DNA from: Vampirovibrionales bacterium
Lineage (GTDB): Bacteria; Cyanobacteriota; Vampirovibrionia; Vampirovibrionales; JAJTHC01
DNA: 64,000 bases
Assembly (NCBI GenBank): GCA_046341215.1
Contig: JBKDRU010000050.1
Location: forward strand, 12,918-76,917
Reading direction: 5' to 3'
The position numbers were made by a program, and so were the translations under genes. This document shows positions 48,519-58,297 of this stretch, piece by piece (position 1 is the first letter of the stretch; every line of letters starts with the position of its first letter). Below the pieces are notes generated by a model. The model was given only the letters and a program-made list of their open reading frames with translations. It was not told the origin of the DNA and made no database searches.

Positions 48519-49742
48519 ATGACCAACAATACCCGTACGCAAACGAAGAAAAAAGCAGCATCCGCTTTAGTTGACGGCACACAAACAAAAGCAGGCTTGC
48601 CCGCCCAAGTTTCCCCAAAAGTGCAAGGGGCTTTTACGTCGAATCGTTTGATACATCATCAAATTTTAGAAAGCATCACGCCTGATTCACCCCAGCGTTT
48701 GATGTTGGAAGACTTACCAAACCCGTTAAACTTGAAGGCTGGTGTGGCTAAAGATGCTCAAATCGCTGAATGGTTGACGACATGGATTAAAGCAGGTTTT
48801 ACTTCAGGGGACTTAAATGAAAATCACTTACTTCCTTTGAAGAAAGAGCTGTCCGATTATTTGGGCGTTAGTGTCGGAACCGTTCAGAATGCCATTCGCT
48901 TTGTGGAAGATGAAGGTTGGGTAGAATCCAAACAGCGCATCGGTACCTTGTTGAGAAATGCGAGTCAAACGCAAGACGAACATCGTATTCGCAAGCAAAC
49001 TTCTAAACGAGATCAAACCGTTTTAGCCATTCAGCAGTACATTGTTAACGAAGGCATTGCGGCAGAATCCTTGTTGCCTTCGAGCCGAGAAATGGCGAAA
49101 ATCATTCAAGCAGCACCAAATACCACACGTTTGGCCATGGAATTCTTAGCCCATGAAGGTTTGCTTGAAGCCATGGGCAATCGTGGAAAAAAGCCGAACT
49201 GGACGTTGAAACGCCTACCTGATGTGGAAAATGTCGGTAATGATTTTGCTTCCATTCAGACGGATACACTGATTGATCAAATCGAACGTGATTTAAAGGC
49301 GTTAATTTCAGATCGTTATGAAGTCAACGACAAATTGCCTCCGCATCAGGAACTCGCAACGTTGTTTAAGGTTTCCATCAAAACGGTGCATGATGCCATG
49401 CAACGCTTGGCGGAACAAGGGATGATTCATTCCAAGCGAGGACGTTACGGCACCTATGTGACTCGTTTGCCGTTGCATTTTATTTCGCTGAATACGATGG
49501 AATCCTTGTTCGTGCCTGCGGAACAGCACATTGATTTGTACGATTATGAAAAGGCTTACCAAGCTTTAGATGAAAGATTGACGTCGTCCTTTCACAGTGG
49601 CGATCAATTGCCGAATGTTCAGGACTTATCATTAGAAATTGGCGTTACGGTGAATTCGGTACGTCGAGGTTTGAAGCAACTGCAAGAAGAAGGGCGTGTA
49701 ACCTTTAAGCGTGGTCGCTTCGGTGGAGCCATCGTCGTATAA
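48519..49742 (+). CDS. transcription regulator composed of four tandem GntR-type winged-helix HTH domains, no effector-binding domain
   Basis: Four ~65-aa segments each matching the GntR HTH pattern (LP...ELS..LGVSVGTVQNAI..LEDEGW; LPSSREMAKII.A.PNTTRLAMEFLAHEGLL; LPPHQELATLFKVSIKTVHDAMQRLAEQGMI; LPNVQDLSLEIGVTVNSVRRGLKQLQEEGRV). Confidence 0.65.
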   Translation: MTNNTRTQTKKKAASALVDGTQTKAGLPAQVSPKVQGAFTSNRLIHHQILESITPDSPQRLMLEDLPNPLNLKAGVAKDAQIAEWLTTWIKAGFTSGDLNENHLLPLKKELSDYLGVSVGTVQNAIRFVEDEGWVESKQRIGTLLRNASQTQDEHRIRKQTSKRDQTVLAIQQYIVNEGIAAESLLPSSREMAKIIQAAPNTTRLAMEFLAHEGLLEAMGNRGKKPNWTLKRLPDVENVGNDFASIQTDTLIDQIERDLKALISDRYEVNDKLPPHQELATLFKVSIKTVHDAMQRLAEQGMIHSKRGRYGTYVTRLPLHFISLNTMESLFVPAEQHIDLYDYEKAYQALDERLTSSFHSGDQLPNVQDLSLEIGVTVNSVRRGLKQLQEEGRVTFKRGRFGGAIVV

Positions 49743-49760
49743 ACGAAAATCAACAGTCTT

Positions 49761-49795
49761 GTTCAAGGAGGGTTTTATTGAAGCCCTCCTTGAAC
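49761..49795. terminator. bidirectional terminator-like hairpin between convergent GntR-like and MFS genes
   Basis: 12-bp stem GTTCAAGGAGGG / CCCTCCTTGAAC with TTTTATTGAA loop. Confidence 0.5.
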
Positions 49796-49830
49796 GCATT
49801 TAATCTTTATAGAAGATTCTGCGAAAATGC

Positions 49831-51096
49831 TTACTGCAAGGATTTTCCTTTGGTTTCTTCGCCAAAGAAGAGCGTCGCCATAATTATCAAGGTGAACAGG
49901 CTAAATACGGTCGCGGATTGGGCAAATCCGCCTAAGGCTTGTACTAAAACCCCTACCATTAAGACGGATAAAGCGGTGAACACTCGCCCTGCATTGAAGC
50001 AAAAGCCTACGGCAGACATCCGAATGCGAGTGGGGAACAGTTCGGGGATGTAGACATAAAAAGACGATTGCGTTAAGCCGTGAAAGAAGCCGAAGGCTCC
50101 ACCCACAAGATACAGAGCAGGGTGAAAACTTTTGAAGCCTAAAAACAAGACGAGTGAAGAAATCAGAATCCCTAAGCTGCCCATAAAAATAGACGCTTTT
50201 CGTCCAAATAAGTGGGTAAAAAAGCCCGCACAGGTGCATCCTACAATAGCGAAAATGCCTTGACTCATCACTTGAATGGCACGAGCATCATCTGGACGGT
50301 TGGGCAAGCTGTCTACCCATGAAGGCAACCACGCCAATGCCGCCCAAAACACGGTGAGATAAGCGGCAAAAGAAACGCCCCCCACCCATAAATTACGACG
50401 ATTTTCAACGTCAAATAAAAGCTTCCACAACGAGGTTTTTTCTTGTTGAGCTTCAGCTTGACTGAGCTGATCGTCCATCCATTTTTCGCTTTCGCCCAAG
50501 TTTCTTCTTAAAAAGAAGATGAGCAACGCAGGTAAGGCACCGAAAAAGAAGGCGTGACGCCAGTCTTGCACAAAGTAGTTGAGTACACCCGAAAGCATCT
50601 GCCCGATTTGGTAACTGCTAATCAGCATGGCTACGGCGAAAGCACGGCTTTTTTCAGGCCATACTTCCGACAAGAATGTCGTAATACTCACCAATTCTCC
50701 GCCAATGCCTAAGCCTGTTAAGAAGCGAAAAAACGCCAAAATCTCCCAATTGTGAGCCAGCCCCCCCAAGCCTGTGAAGATGGAATACAATAGAATGGAT
50801 CCCATCATGGCTTTGACGCGACCAAACTTGTCGCCGATGTATCCAAACAGGATGCCTCCCAGCGTCCATCCAACGAGGAATATCGCCGTAATATAGCTAC
50901 CCAAGTGAGCCACCGCTTTGGGTTCCTGCCCTGTTAGATCTCGAAGAGCAAGAGGCATGGTAATGTGCATGAGCGAAGAATCGAGTCCATCGAAAACGCC
51001 CCCAAGCCAGCATCCCACAAATGCTAAAATTAGCGTGCCGTTCACACCAATGAAATAGTCTTTGAGTTTGTGTTTAAGGGTATGGAGGGTCGTCAA
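49831..51096 (-). CDS. MFS transporter, metabolite:H+ symporter (MHS) family-like
   Basis: 12 predicted TM; 'FGYIGDKFGR' (G-x3-D-R/K-x-G-R) MFS motif characteristic of ProP/KgtP-type transporters. Confidence 0.75.
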   Translation of the reverse strand: MTTLHTLKHKLKDYFIGVNGTLILAFVGCWLGGVFDGLDSSLMHITMPLALRDLTGQEPKAVAHLGSYITAIFLVGWTLGGILFGYIGDKFGRVKAMMGSILLYSIFTGLGGLAHNWEILAFFRFLTGLGIGGELVSITTFLSEVWPEKSRAFAVAMLISSYQIGQMLSGVLNYFVQDWRHAFFFGALPALLIFFLRRNLGESEKWMDDQLSQAEAQQEKTSLWKLLFDVENRRNLWVGGVSFAAYLTVFWAALAWLPSWVDSLPNRPDDARAIQVMSQGIFAIVGCTCAGFFTHLFGRKASIFMGSLGILISSLVLFLGFKSFHPALYLVGGAFGFFHGLTQSSFYVYIPELFPTRIRMSAVGFCFNAGRVFTALSVLMVGVLVQALGGFAQSATVFSLFTLIIMATLFFGEETKGKSLQ

Positions 51097-51262
51097 GGCA
51101 AAGTCTCATCTACTTAGTAATATGTTTCAGTATAGCTTGCTAAATATAGAATAACAAACACAGATTTCTCTCTATTTATACCGAACTAACACCGAAGACT
51201 TGCATCTACAGCTATTTACGCTACAATGTAGGATGAATATCCAATAAATAGGAATCGGCATT

Positions 51263-52654
51263 ATGCCTCTCGCTTCAACTGATGATAAAATTGCTTCGGG
51301 TCAACTCACCCTTGAAGACGTGGATCTTCTAAGCCTGCTGCATGAAGACGAACGCCGTCTTGCCCTTGGGGTAGATTTGAGTCGCTACGATTTTAGCCCC
51401 CCGCCGCCAGAGGTACTGGGTTCACCGATTGTGACCAAAACGCCTCGTTCGCTTTTGTTACCTGTAGCAAAAGGGCTCGTCAAACAAAGTCTAGGCATTA
51501 CGCCTGACCCTGTCATGTTGACGCATATTTTAACGACTCGCTGTAACTATAGCTGTGGATTTTGCTCCTTTGCCGACAGTCTTAACCAGAAAACTGATGA
51601 AATGGGCTTGGATGAAATTGAACTGACCTATAGTAGTATGGGCAGTGCCTTGAATACCATTGTGTATTCGGGGGGCGAAACGACCTTGCATCCGCAGATT
51701 ATTGAGATCATCGAAGCGGCGTATCGCATTACACGGGTGAAATCCGTCTACATTATTTCCAATGCGTGGAAGCCTGAACGCTTGCTCGAAATTACGCATA
51801 CGCTCATGCACCGATGCCCCGAACTTCATTTAACGTGGTCCTTAAGTATTGAAGGCTTTAAAGATTACAATAATAGCGTCCGCCATACCAAAGCCCAAAG
51901 CTGGGATGCTTGGCAAAATACGATTGACACGCTGTTTGCCTTGAAAGACGCTCGCCAGCGTTATGGTTACAGTCAATTAGACGTGCAACTGTGCACCGTT
52001 TGTTCGCCTGACAATGAGGCTCAAATGCCTTTGTGGTATGCCTTTGTCAAAGATGTCTTAAAACCCGACAAGTGGAACTTAAACTTGATGCGTCGTAGTG
52101 TGCAGATGAGTGAAAGTGCCTTGCCTGACTTCTTAGAACGCCGTAGCAGTAAACGTTTACAAGCCTTTGAAGAGATGTATATCAACATCACCAGCCAAGT
52201 CTTGCAGGATGTCAAATCTGGGGACTTAGCCTTTACCTACCACACAGGTACGCCTTTAGAAGGGGCCATGAAGTCGGCGGTGGATTTAATTTCTCAACGA
52301 GAAAACCGCAATACCTTGTTTGATGCCCCCAAGCAGTTTAAGTGTAAAGCGGGCACCGTTGGGGCGTATTTGTCCGCAACGGGTGAGATCGGGGGCTGTG
52401 AAGAGTTTGTGCATAATCCGCAAAATCCAAAGGGGTTCGGCAATGTGCGTGACCATAATTACGACTTTTTGGCGTTGTGGAAGGGCAAGCAAGCCAAGCG
52501 TTTTCGTCAGTTGACGGGTTGTTCCACAGAATGTGTGGGCTGTACGCTTGAAAGCCAGCGGAACTATCCTGCGATATTGTTAAGTCCAAAAACGTTGCTT
52601 CAGTCGTATAAGCTTGGGGTAAGCTTGCTAGAAGCTCAAACCCCTGAAGACTAG
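51263..52654 (+). CDS. radical SAM enzyme with ~90-aa N-terminal extension and C-terminal Cys-rich SPASM/twitch-like domain
   Basis: 'TTRCNYSCGFCSF' CxxxCxxC cluster at residue ~95; C-terminal 'C....GGCEEF...GCSTECVGC' auxiliary cluster cysteines; 463 aa. Confidence 0.75.
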   Translation: MPLASTDDKIASGQLTLEDVDLLSLLHEDERRLALGVDLSRYDFSPPPPEVLGSPIVTKTPRSLLLPVAKGLVKQSLGITPDPVMLTHILTTRCNYSCGFCSFADSLNQKTDEMGLDEIELTYSSMGSALNTIVYSGGETTLHPQIIEIIEAAYRITRVKSVYIISNAWKPERLLEITHTLMHRCPELHLTWSLSIEGFKDYNNSVRHTKAQSWDAWQNTIDTLFALKDARQRYGYSQLDVQLCTVCSPDNEAQMPLWYAFVKDVLKPDKWNLNLMRRSVQMSESALPDFLERRSSKRLQAFEEMYINITSQVLQDVKSGDLAFTYHTGTPLEGAMKSAVDLISQRENRNTLFDAPKQFKCKAGTVGAYLSATGEIGGCEEFVHNPQNPKGFGNVRDHNYDFLALWKGKQAKRFRQLTGCSTECVGCTLESQRNYPAILLSPKTLLQSYKLGVSLLEAQTPED

Positions 52655-52677
52655 GGGTTTCGGATTTACAGAATCCT

Positions 52678-52806
52678 GTCCCCTCTCCTAATTTTAGGAG
52701 AGGGAAGAGAACGTCTTTAGACGTTCGAGGGTGAGGTTAAACCTTAGACTCCGTTTGTGGGTTTAACCGCCCCCTAACCCCCTCCTAAAATTAGGAGGGG
52801 GGACAG
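52678..52806. repeat. copy A of ~130-bp nested-palindrome MITE-like element (family 1)
   Basis: Terminal inverted repeats GTCCCCTCTCCTAATTTTAGGAGAGGG / CCCCCTCCTAAAATTAGGAGGGGGGAC, internal palindromes GAACGTCTTTAGACGTTC and GGTTAAACC...GGTTTAACC; ~90% identical to copies at 59965 and 5245 (rc). Confidence 0.75.
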
Positions 52807-52813
52807 AAGAAGA

Positions 52814-53818
52814 CTAGAGATTTTCTTGAAACCAGCCCAAGTGTTCGTAGGCTCTTGGCGTTAACTGCCGTCCTCGAGGCGTGCGCTGAATCAACCCACT
52901 TTGTAATAAAAACGGTTCCGTCACATCCTCAAGCGTCCGAACATCTTCCCCCATCGTAGATGCCACGGCTTCAAGCCCCACGGGTCCCCCTTGAAAGAAG
53001 TCTCGCATGGTGGAAAGCATCAAACGATCAGACGGTTCAAGCCCAAGCTCGTCGACTTGGTAGATCCGCAAGGCTTCTTCCACCATACGGTCATCCACCA
53101 CGGCGTCAATCCCTTCACGCTTGCACAAGACTTCAGCCACATCCCTAACCCGACGAAGTAAGCGATTGGCAATTCGAGGCGTTCCACGGCTACGTTTACC
53201 TAGCACCAAAGCGGACGCTTCATCCACCTGAACATTTAAGATATTGGCGGAACGTAAAATGATGGCTTGCAATTCTTCGGGGCTGTAGTAGTTCAAGCGA
53301 AAAATAAGTCCAAAGCGATCCCGTAAGGGAGACGACAATGCCCCTGCTTTGGTGGTGGCACCAATGAGCGTGAACTTGGGCAGGGGGACTCGTAAGGTTC
53401 TGGCACTGGCGCCCTTGCCGACCGTGCGGTCAATCGACGCATCTTCCATAGCAGGGTAAAGAATTTCTTCTGTCACGCTATTGAGTCGATGAATTTCATC
53501 AATAAACAAAATATCGCCTTCATCCAAGTTCATCAATAACCCGACGACATCCCGAGGGCGTTCTAAAGCAGGCGCAGAAGTGAAATGAATCTTCGCCTTC
53601 ATTTCTTCAGCAATCACCATAGCCAAGCTGGTTTTGCCTAAGCCCGGTGGCCCGTAAAATAGGGCGTGATCCAATGGTTCGTTACGCGTCAAGCTCGCTT
53701 CAAGGGAAATTGCCAAATGCGTTTTAAGATCCCCTTGCCCAATGTAGTCCGCCAATGATTGCGGACGCAAGGAGTTTTCTTGATCCGCTTCTGCGGGCGT
53801 GGTGTTTTGACTCATCAT
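52814..53818 (-). CDS. ruvB: Holliday junction branch migration ATPase RuvB
   Basis: 'RPQSLADYIGQ', Walker A 'GPPGLGKTSLA', 'ILFIDEIHRL' Walker B, sensor motifs; ATG at 53818 gives ~334 aa typical length (longer ORF to 53953 likely not translated). Confidence 0.85.
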   Translation of the reverse strand: MMSQNTTPAEADQENSLRPQSLADYIGQGDLKTHLAISLEASLTRNEPLDHALFYGPPGLGKTSLAMVIAEEMKAKIHFTSAPALERPRDVVGLLMNLDEGDILFIDEIHRLNSVTEEILYPAMEDASIDRTVGKGASARTLRVPLPKFTLIGATTKAGALSSPLRDRFGLIFRLNYYSPEELQAIILRSANILNVQVDEASALVLGKRSRGTPRIANRLLRRVRDVAEVLCKREGIDAVVDDRMVEEALRIYQVDELGLEPSDRLMLSTMRDFFQGGPVGLEAVASTMGEDVRTLEDVTEPFLLQSGLIQRTPRGRQLTPRAYEHLGWFQENL

Positions 53819-54092
53819 GGAACGGCTTTTGCGATCCGCATTTTTGGCATTCAATTGGGCGATGAGGTCGCTTGCCACAAGCTCAACGGAAACGGTGCCA
53901 TCTTGAGAACTACTACGTTTGGGATTGTCAGGCGAAGAAAAGTGTAAAACCACAACGAAGCGACCTCATTTCAACAAGGGTATTCGTTATAGTATACCGC
54001 AAAATCGACAGAAATCCCAAAACACCCTTTTGATGAATTCATCGAAAGGGTGTTTGTTCTGTGTTTGGTTGTGTGAAATGCGTTGCCGTCTC

Positions 54093-55502
54093 TTAAACGA
54101 GTGGAAGTCCACTGTTACTTGAACTGTCAATGCCTTGGGCAATCGGTAAGGTGTTGGCAATGTTGACGGAAAGTCCACTTAAGTAAGGACAGACGCCTGC
54201 ACTGGCGGCGATGGTTGCGGCGTTGGCTCCAGCGAGAATGGGGTGATCTTTGACCATACCCATGGCGGAACGAAGTCCTTGTCCGAAGCCTTCTTTAGAT
54301 CCTTTGACAAAGTTACTAACGGTGGCAGCGGTGAACTGTTTAACACGATCCAAGGTAACACCTTGACGTTGAGCTTGAACAGCCGTATCGTTTTTAATCA
54401 TGTTCAAGTCTACAGGAGGAGCCCCTGTACCGTAAGCGTTTGCAAATGCTTGACCGAAGAATTTTGCGGTGCTGTTATTGAAGGATCTGTCGGCGACTTC
54501 ATTTTCAGCCAAGGCTTGAATGTATTCGTTGCCGTCTGGCGTGTTGACTAAAGCGGTACTTTTTTGTTGAGACGCCAATTCGTGAACGTTAATCGCACCG
54601 TCGATTTTGCCGTTGTCAAGCATGTCATGGTTCCATTGAGTCAGTACCATTAAGGAACCTAAGTTGGCGTTGTTATTGCCGATGCTTTTTTGGAATTCGA
54701 CGAACTCTTTAGAAGCGGGGTTCATGCCTTCTGGTGTTTGAAGACGCTTGCCTGTGTCACGAATGACAGGGGCATTACGCATCATATTGATGAAGTTTTG
54801 TGAACCTGTAATGTTGGTTAAGGTCTGTAAGTAAGCCCGTTCAAAGGACATACCTGAAGGTAAGCGATTGGCAATATCGGATTGTTCCGCCAGCAAAACG
54901 GCTTCTTTGTCACGATCGGACACTTTTTCGCCATTTTTGACTTTTTCAAGGACTGTCCAATAACTTTGGTAAATCCCTTCACGACTGCCTGTAAAGGCGA
55001 GTCCACGTCCGCCGACGTGTAGGGTACCCAATTCTGCACCGCTTAAGCCACTGACATCTGTACGTTGGTCGGTGGTGAGTCCACGCCAATCTTGATCGAC
55101 AGGGCGACTGCCATCAGGAATGTTCAAACCATCGACAGGTGTTGGTGTAGGACCTGGTGTAGGCGTTGGGCCGGGCGTTGGTATTGGACCTGGACCTGGT
55201 TTAGGCGTTGGATTAGGATTTGGTCTTGGATTGTATCCACCACCCCATGGCGCTGGGAACGGAAAGTTAAATTGTGGAAACTTTATTTGGGGGAATTGTG
55301 GAAATTGTGGGAACTTGAAAAAGCTTGGAAATTTAAAAAAGCTGTTGGGCGATTGTTGAGCCACAGGTGGTCTACCATAAGAAGATTGGTATCCGCCGAC
55401 GATGTAACTGGTTGCAGGACCTTGAGGACCATAAGCTTGCCCTGGGTATGCCGTTGGATTTTGATATTGTGGTTGAACGGAAGAATTGTTAATAGGTTGC
55501 AT
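54093..55502 (-). CDS. hypothetical protein: Pro/Phe/Gln-rich N-terminal low-complexity region plus ~330-aa ordered C-terminal domain
   Basis: 'FPQFPQFPQIKFPQFNFPFP' and PTPGPTP linkers followed by non-repetitive domain with no motif I can assign. Confidence 0.45.
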   Translation of the reverse strand: MQPINNSSVQPQYQNPTAYPGQAYGPQGPATSYIVGGYQSSYGRPPVAQQSPNSFFKFPSFFKFPQFPQFPQIKFPQFNFPFPAPWGGGYNPRPNPNPTPKPGPGPIPTPGPTPTPGPTPTPVDGLNIPDGSRPVDQDWRGLTTDQRTDVSGLSGAELGTLHVGGRGLAFTGSREGIYQSYWTVLEKVKNGEKVSDRDKEAVLLAEQSDIANRLPSGMSFERAYLQTLTNITGSQNFINMMRNAPVIRDTGKRLQTPEGMNPASKEFVEFQKSIGNNNANLGSLMVLTQWNHDMLDNGKIDGAINVHELASQQKSTALVNTPDGNEYIQALAENEVADRSFNNSTAKFFGQAFANAYGTGAPPVDLNMIKNDTAVQAQRQGVTLDRVKQFTAATVSNFVKGSKEGFGQGLRSAMGMVKDHPILAGANAATIAASAGVCPYLSGLSVNIANTLPIAQGIDSSSNSGLPLV

Positions 55503-55592
55503 AACGGTAGTCTCCGAGGGGTTATTGTTTGTCAGTGTAAAAAGGTGAATAAGGAAGGAAGTGAATCCTTCCTTATTCGCTTTGGTATCTAT

Positions 55593-56420
55593 TTAGTAAG
55601 ATGTAATTCCTGAAGGATAGGAATTATTCATCGGCTGTTGGTATCCACCATACTGAGGTTGGCGGTTGTAACTAGGGGCATGTTGATACCCTTGGTGTTG
55701 GTACTGTGGTTGAGCATATCCCTGGTTGGCGAAACTGTAAGGAATGCCGTAGTTAGGAATTTGCGTTTGGTAAGGTACTTGGTAGTTGTTTTGCTGGTAA
55801 GCACCTGGGAAGTTAGGTTTTTGTTGTAATGGGTAGTAGTTAGGTGTTCCTTGGTTTTGGAAGTATAACGGGGTTTGTCTTGGGTACGTTGGTGTACCAG
55901 GACGAGCTGGGCCGTAAGGAGCCGCAGGTGTGTTCACATAAGGAGCCTGTTCCACTGGTGGAGCGTAACCGAAGTCTAAAGGCTTAGCGATTTTAGGAGC
56001 GTAAGCCAAAGGAGTGGCTACAGGTGGTGCTTCAATTGGTGGAGGCTCAGGAATGGCGTAAGGTAATGGAGCTTGTGGATTTTCAGGCATATAAAGCGGT
56101 GGAGGTGTAGGAATAGAAATATAAGGTGCTTTATAGCCAGGGTGATTATACACAGGTGGTTTATTCATTTGAACTTGGTAGTTCGGTGTGTAAGATGTTG
56201 GTGCGTAAGTTGGAGCGTAATTGGTTGGATACTGAGTAATGTTGGCTTCATAGTAAGGGTTAGGCATTGGTAAGCTATAAGTTTCACCGTAGCCGTAGCC
56301 TTGTGAGCCATAATTGTTCTGAACCATGCCGTAAGCGTCACCGCCGGGTTTGGTTTGTGTTAAGTAGTTCGTCTGTGGGGTACCCATTTGGTACATACCC
56401 ATATTCATGTAAGATCCCAT
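55593..56420 (-). CDS. Tyr/Pro/Gln/Asn-rich low-complexity protein, hypothetical
   Basis: Entire 275 aa is compositionally biased (Y, P, Q, N, G, T); tandem with upstream P-rich gene on same strand. Confidence 0.45.
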   Translation of the reverse strand: MGSYMNMGMYQMGTPQTNYLTQTKPGGDAYGMVQNNYGSQGYGYGETYSLPMPNPYYEANITQYPTNYAPTYAPTSYTPNYQVQMNKPPVYNHPGYKAPYISIPTPPPLYMPENPQAPLPYAIPEPPPIEAPPVATPLAYAPKIAKPLDFGYAPPVEQAPYVNTPAAPYGPARPGTPTYPRQTPLYFQNQGTPNYYPLQQKPNFPGAYQQNNYQVPYQTQIPNYGIPYSFANQGYAQPQYQHQGYQHAPSYNRQPQYGGYQQPMNNSYPSGITSY

Positions 56421-56551
56421 TTTGGTTATGTCCTCTAGTTTCTCTTGGTTATTGATTGTCTAATGTAATAAAAGTCGTTTAAAGGTTGTTTAACAGTCAG
56501 TGAAGTTTAGAAGGTTGTCCTTTCATCAATCGGTCTTTTTTTCAAAAGTCT

Positions 56552-56866
56552 TTAAAAATTGTTACGTTTCCAACGTTTAGCCACGTCAATTATGATTGGT
56601 AACCAGTACATGACGGTTAAAATCGTAATTGCCTTAGGCAAAGTCGTGTGGCTAATCGGTAAGAAGGTACTAAATAATGGAGCGATAAATTCTTGTGAAA
56701 GCGGAAAAGTCACCATCAAAATCGTTAAACTAATCAAGTAGTTCACGCTAAAAAAGGCAATACGGTGACTGGCTTGTCTAAGTTTGAGTTCCCATTCGGG
56801 AGCGGTTACAATGTAATCAAAATAAGCATCTGGCTGAGTTGTCGCATTTGTTTCAGTCGTAGACAT
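56552..56866 (-). CDS. small membrane protein, hypothetical
   Basis: 104 aa, two hydrophobic helices, AAAGGA-like RBS 10 nt upstream of ATG. Confidence 0.3.
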   Translation of the reverse strand: MSTTETNATTQPDAYFDYIVTAPEWELKLRQASHRIAFFSVNYLISLTILMVTFPLSQEFIAPLFSTFLPISHTTLPKAITILTVMYWLPIIIDVAKRWKRNNF

Positions 56867-57173
56867 GATTGTTTGGTCCTTTCAGCTAAAACGTTTAGTT
56901 TCCTAAGAATTAGCTACGTCAAACGTCGCTAATCAAAGAAAATGATTCGTTGTTGATTTAATAAAGGAAATCTTAAGCCCCGAATTGTTCTTTCGAAACA
57001 TTCCGTTACATTTATTGAAGGATTCTAAAACAATCCGCCTGCCTTCATTCCTTCTGGCAAAGAAAGTAAGGACTATTTAGCTCAAATACAGGACACCACG
57101 CTTTCCAAAAATATGCTATGCTAGGAGATAGAATGCTTGTATTTTCATATCCTTTAAAAGAGAGAATCCTCCT

Positions 57174-58277
57174 ATGCCTCTAGATGTTAACGCTTCAAAA
57201 ACCTTTTCTTACGTCCTGATTGGACTCGTTACCTTAAGTTTGCTGGTCGGAAGCATCGGACTGGTGATGAAAAATAATGCCCCATCGCCTACGCCTGAAG
57301 CCACGCATATTGAAAAAGAAGCCCGCTTGAAAAAAGGCATTACGGCGTTAAAATCTTTAAAACTCAACACGCTTGCTATTATTAAGCTTGAAGGTGAAAT
57401 CAATAGCGATTCCAGCGGTGGAAGCTTCATGGAATCAGGGAGCGGTGCCACCGCCGTGCGAGAAGCCCTCGATGCTGCTGCTCAAGACGACAAAGTCAAA
57501 GGCGTTTTACTCTTAATCAACAGCCCTGGAGGCACCGTCGGTATGAGTCAAGAACTCAATGCGGCTGTTAAGCGTGTGCGGGCGAATAAGCCGATTGTCG
57601 CCACCTTGTTGGACGTCGCCGCAAGCGGAGGCTACTACACCGCCTGTGCCACTGACAAAATCGTCACCAACAAAGGCACGCTGACGGCATCCATTGGCGT
57701 GATTATGCAAGCCATGAACTTTCAACAGCTCATGGAACAGAAGTTGGGCGTCAAATCGGTTACCATTAAAAGTGGCAAGTTCAAGGATTTATTGAACCCG
57801 TATCGTAAAACCAATCCTGCGGAAGTCGCCTTATTACAAACCATTATTAACGACAGTTACAAGGATTTCCTCAACACCGTGCTAGACGGTCGCTTAAGAA
57901 ACATCAAGGGTGACGCTGAAAAAGCCCGTCGTCGTAAATTGATTACCGCCGTTGCGGACGGTCGAGTGGTGACAGGTAATCAAGCCGTTGCCGCAGGTCT
58001 AGCCGATGAAATTGGTGATGCCTACCACGCCAAAGACGTGTTACAACAGTTGGTCAACGAACGCTTTAAGTATGATGCCTCCACCGAATTAGAACTCGTA
58101 CCGTATGAGTCGGACGAAGACTTCTTGAAAAGTTTCTTCCACCTACCCTTTGGCGAAGCGAGCCAGCACCTTAACTTAGCCAGCGTGCTTCAAGGACTCG
58201 GGCAAAGTAGCCCTCCTGAAAGTGCCTTGCCGTTGACGATGCGTTATGCCAATCAGCCCCTTTGGTTGTATCAATAA
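57174..58277 (+). CDS. sppA: signal peptide peptidase SppA (36K type), S49 family
   Basis: N-terminal TM, 'LLINSPGGTVGMSQE' serine-nucleophile region and ClpP/crotonase-like fold spacing. Confidence 0.8.
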   Translation: MPLDVNASKTFSYVLIGLVTLSLLVGSIGLVMKNNAPSPTPEATHIEKEARLKKGITALKSLKLNTLAIIKLEGEINSDSSGGSFMESGSGATAVREALDAAAQDDKVKGVLLLINSPGGTVGMSQELNAAVKRVRANKPIVATLLDVAASGGYYTACATDKIVTNKGTLTASIGVIMQAMNFQQLMEQKLGVKSVTIKSGKFKDLLNPYRKTNPAEVALLQTIINDSYKDFLNTVLDGRLRNIKGDAEKARRRKLITAVADGRVVTGNQAVAAGLADEIGDAYHAKDVLQQLVNERFKYDASTELELVPYESDEDFLKSFFHLPFGEASQHLNLASVLQGLGQSSPPESALPLTMRYANQPLWLYQ

Positions 58278-58297
58278 GAAAGGCGAGGTATTGTCTC

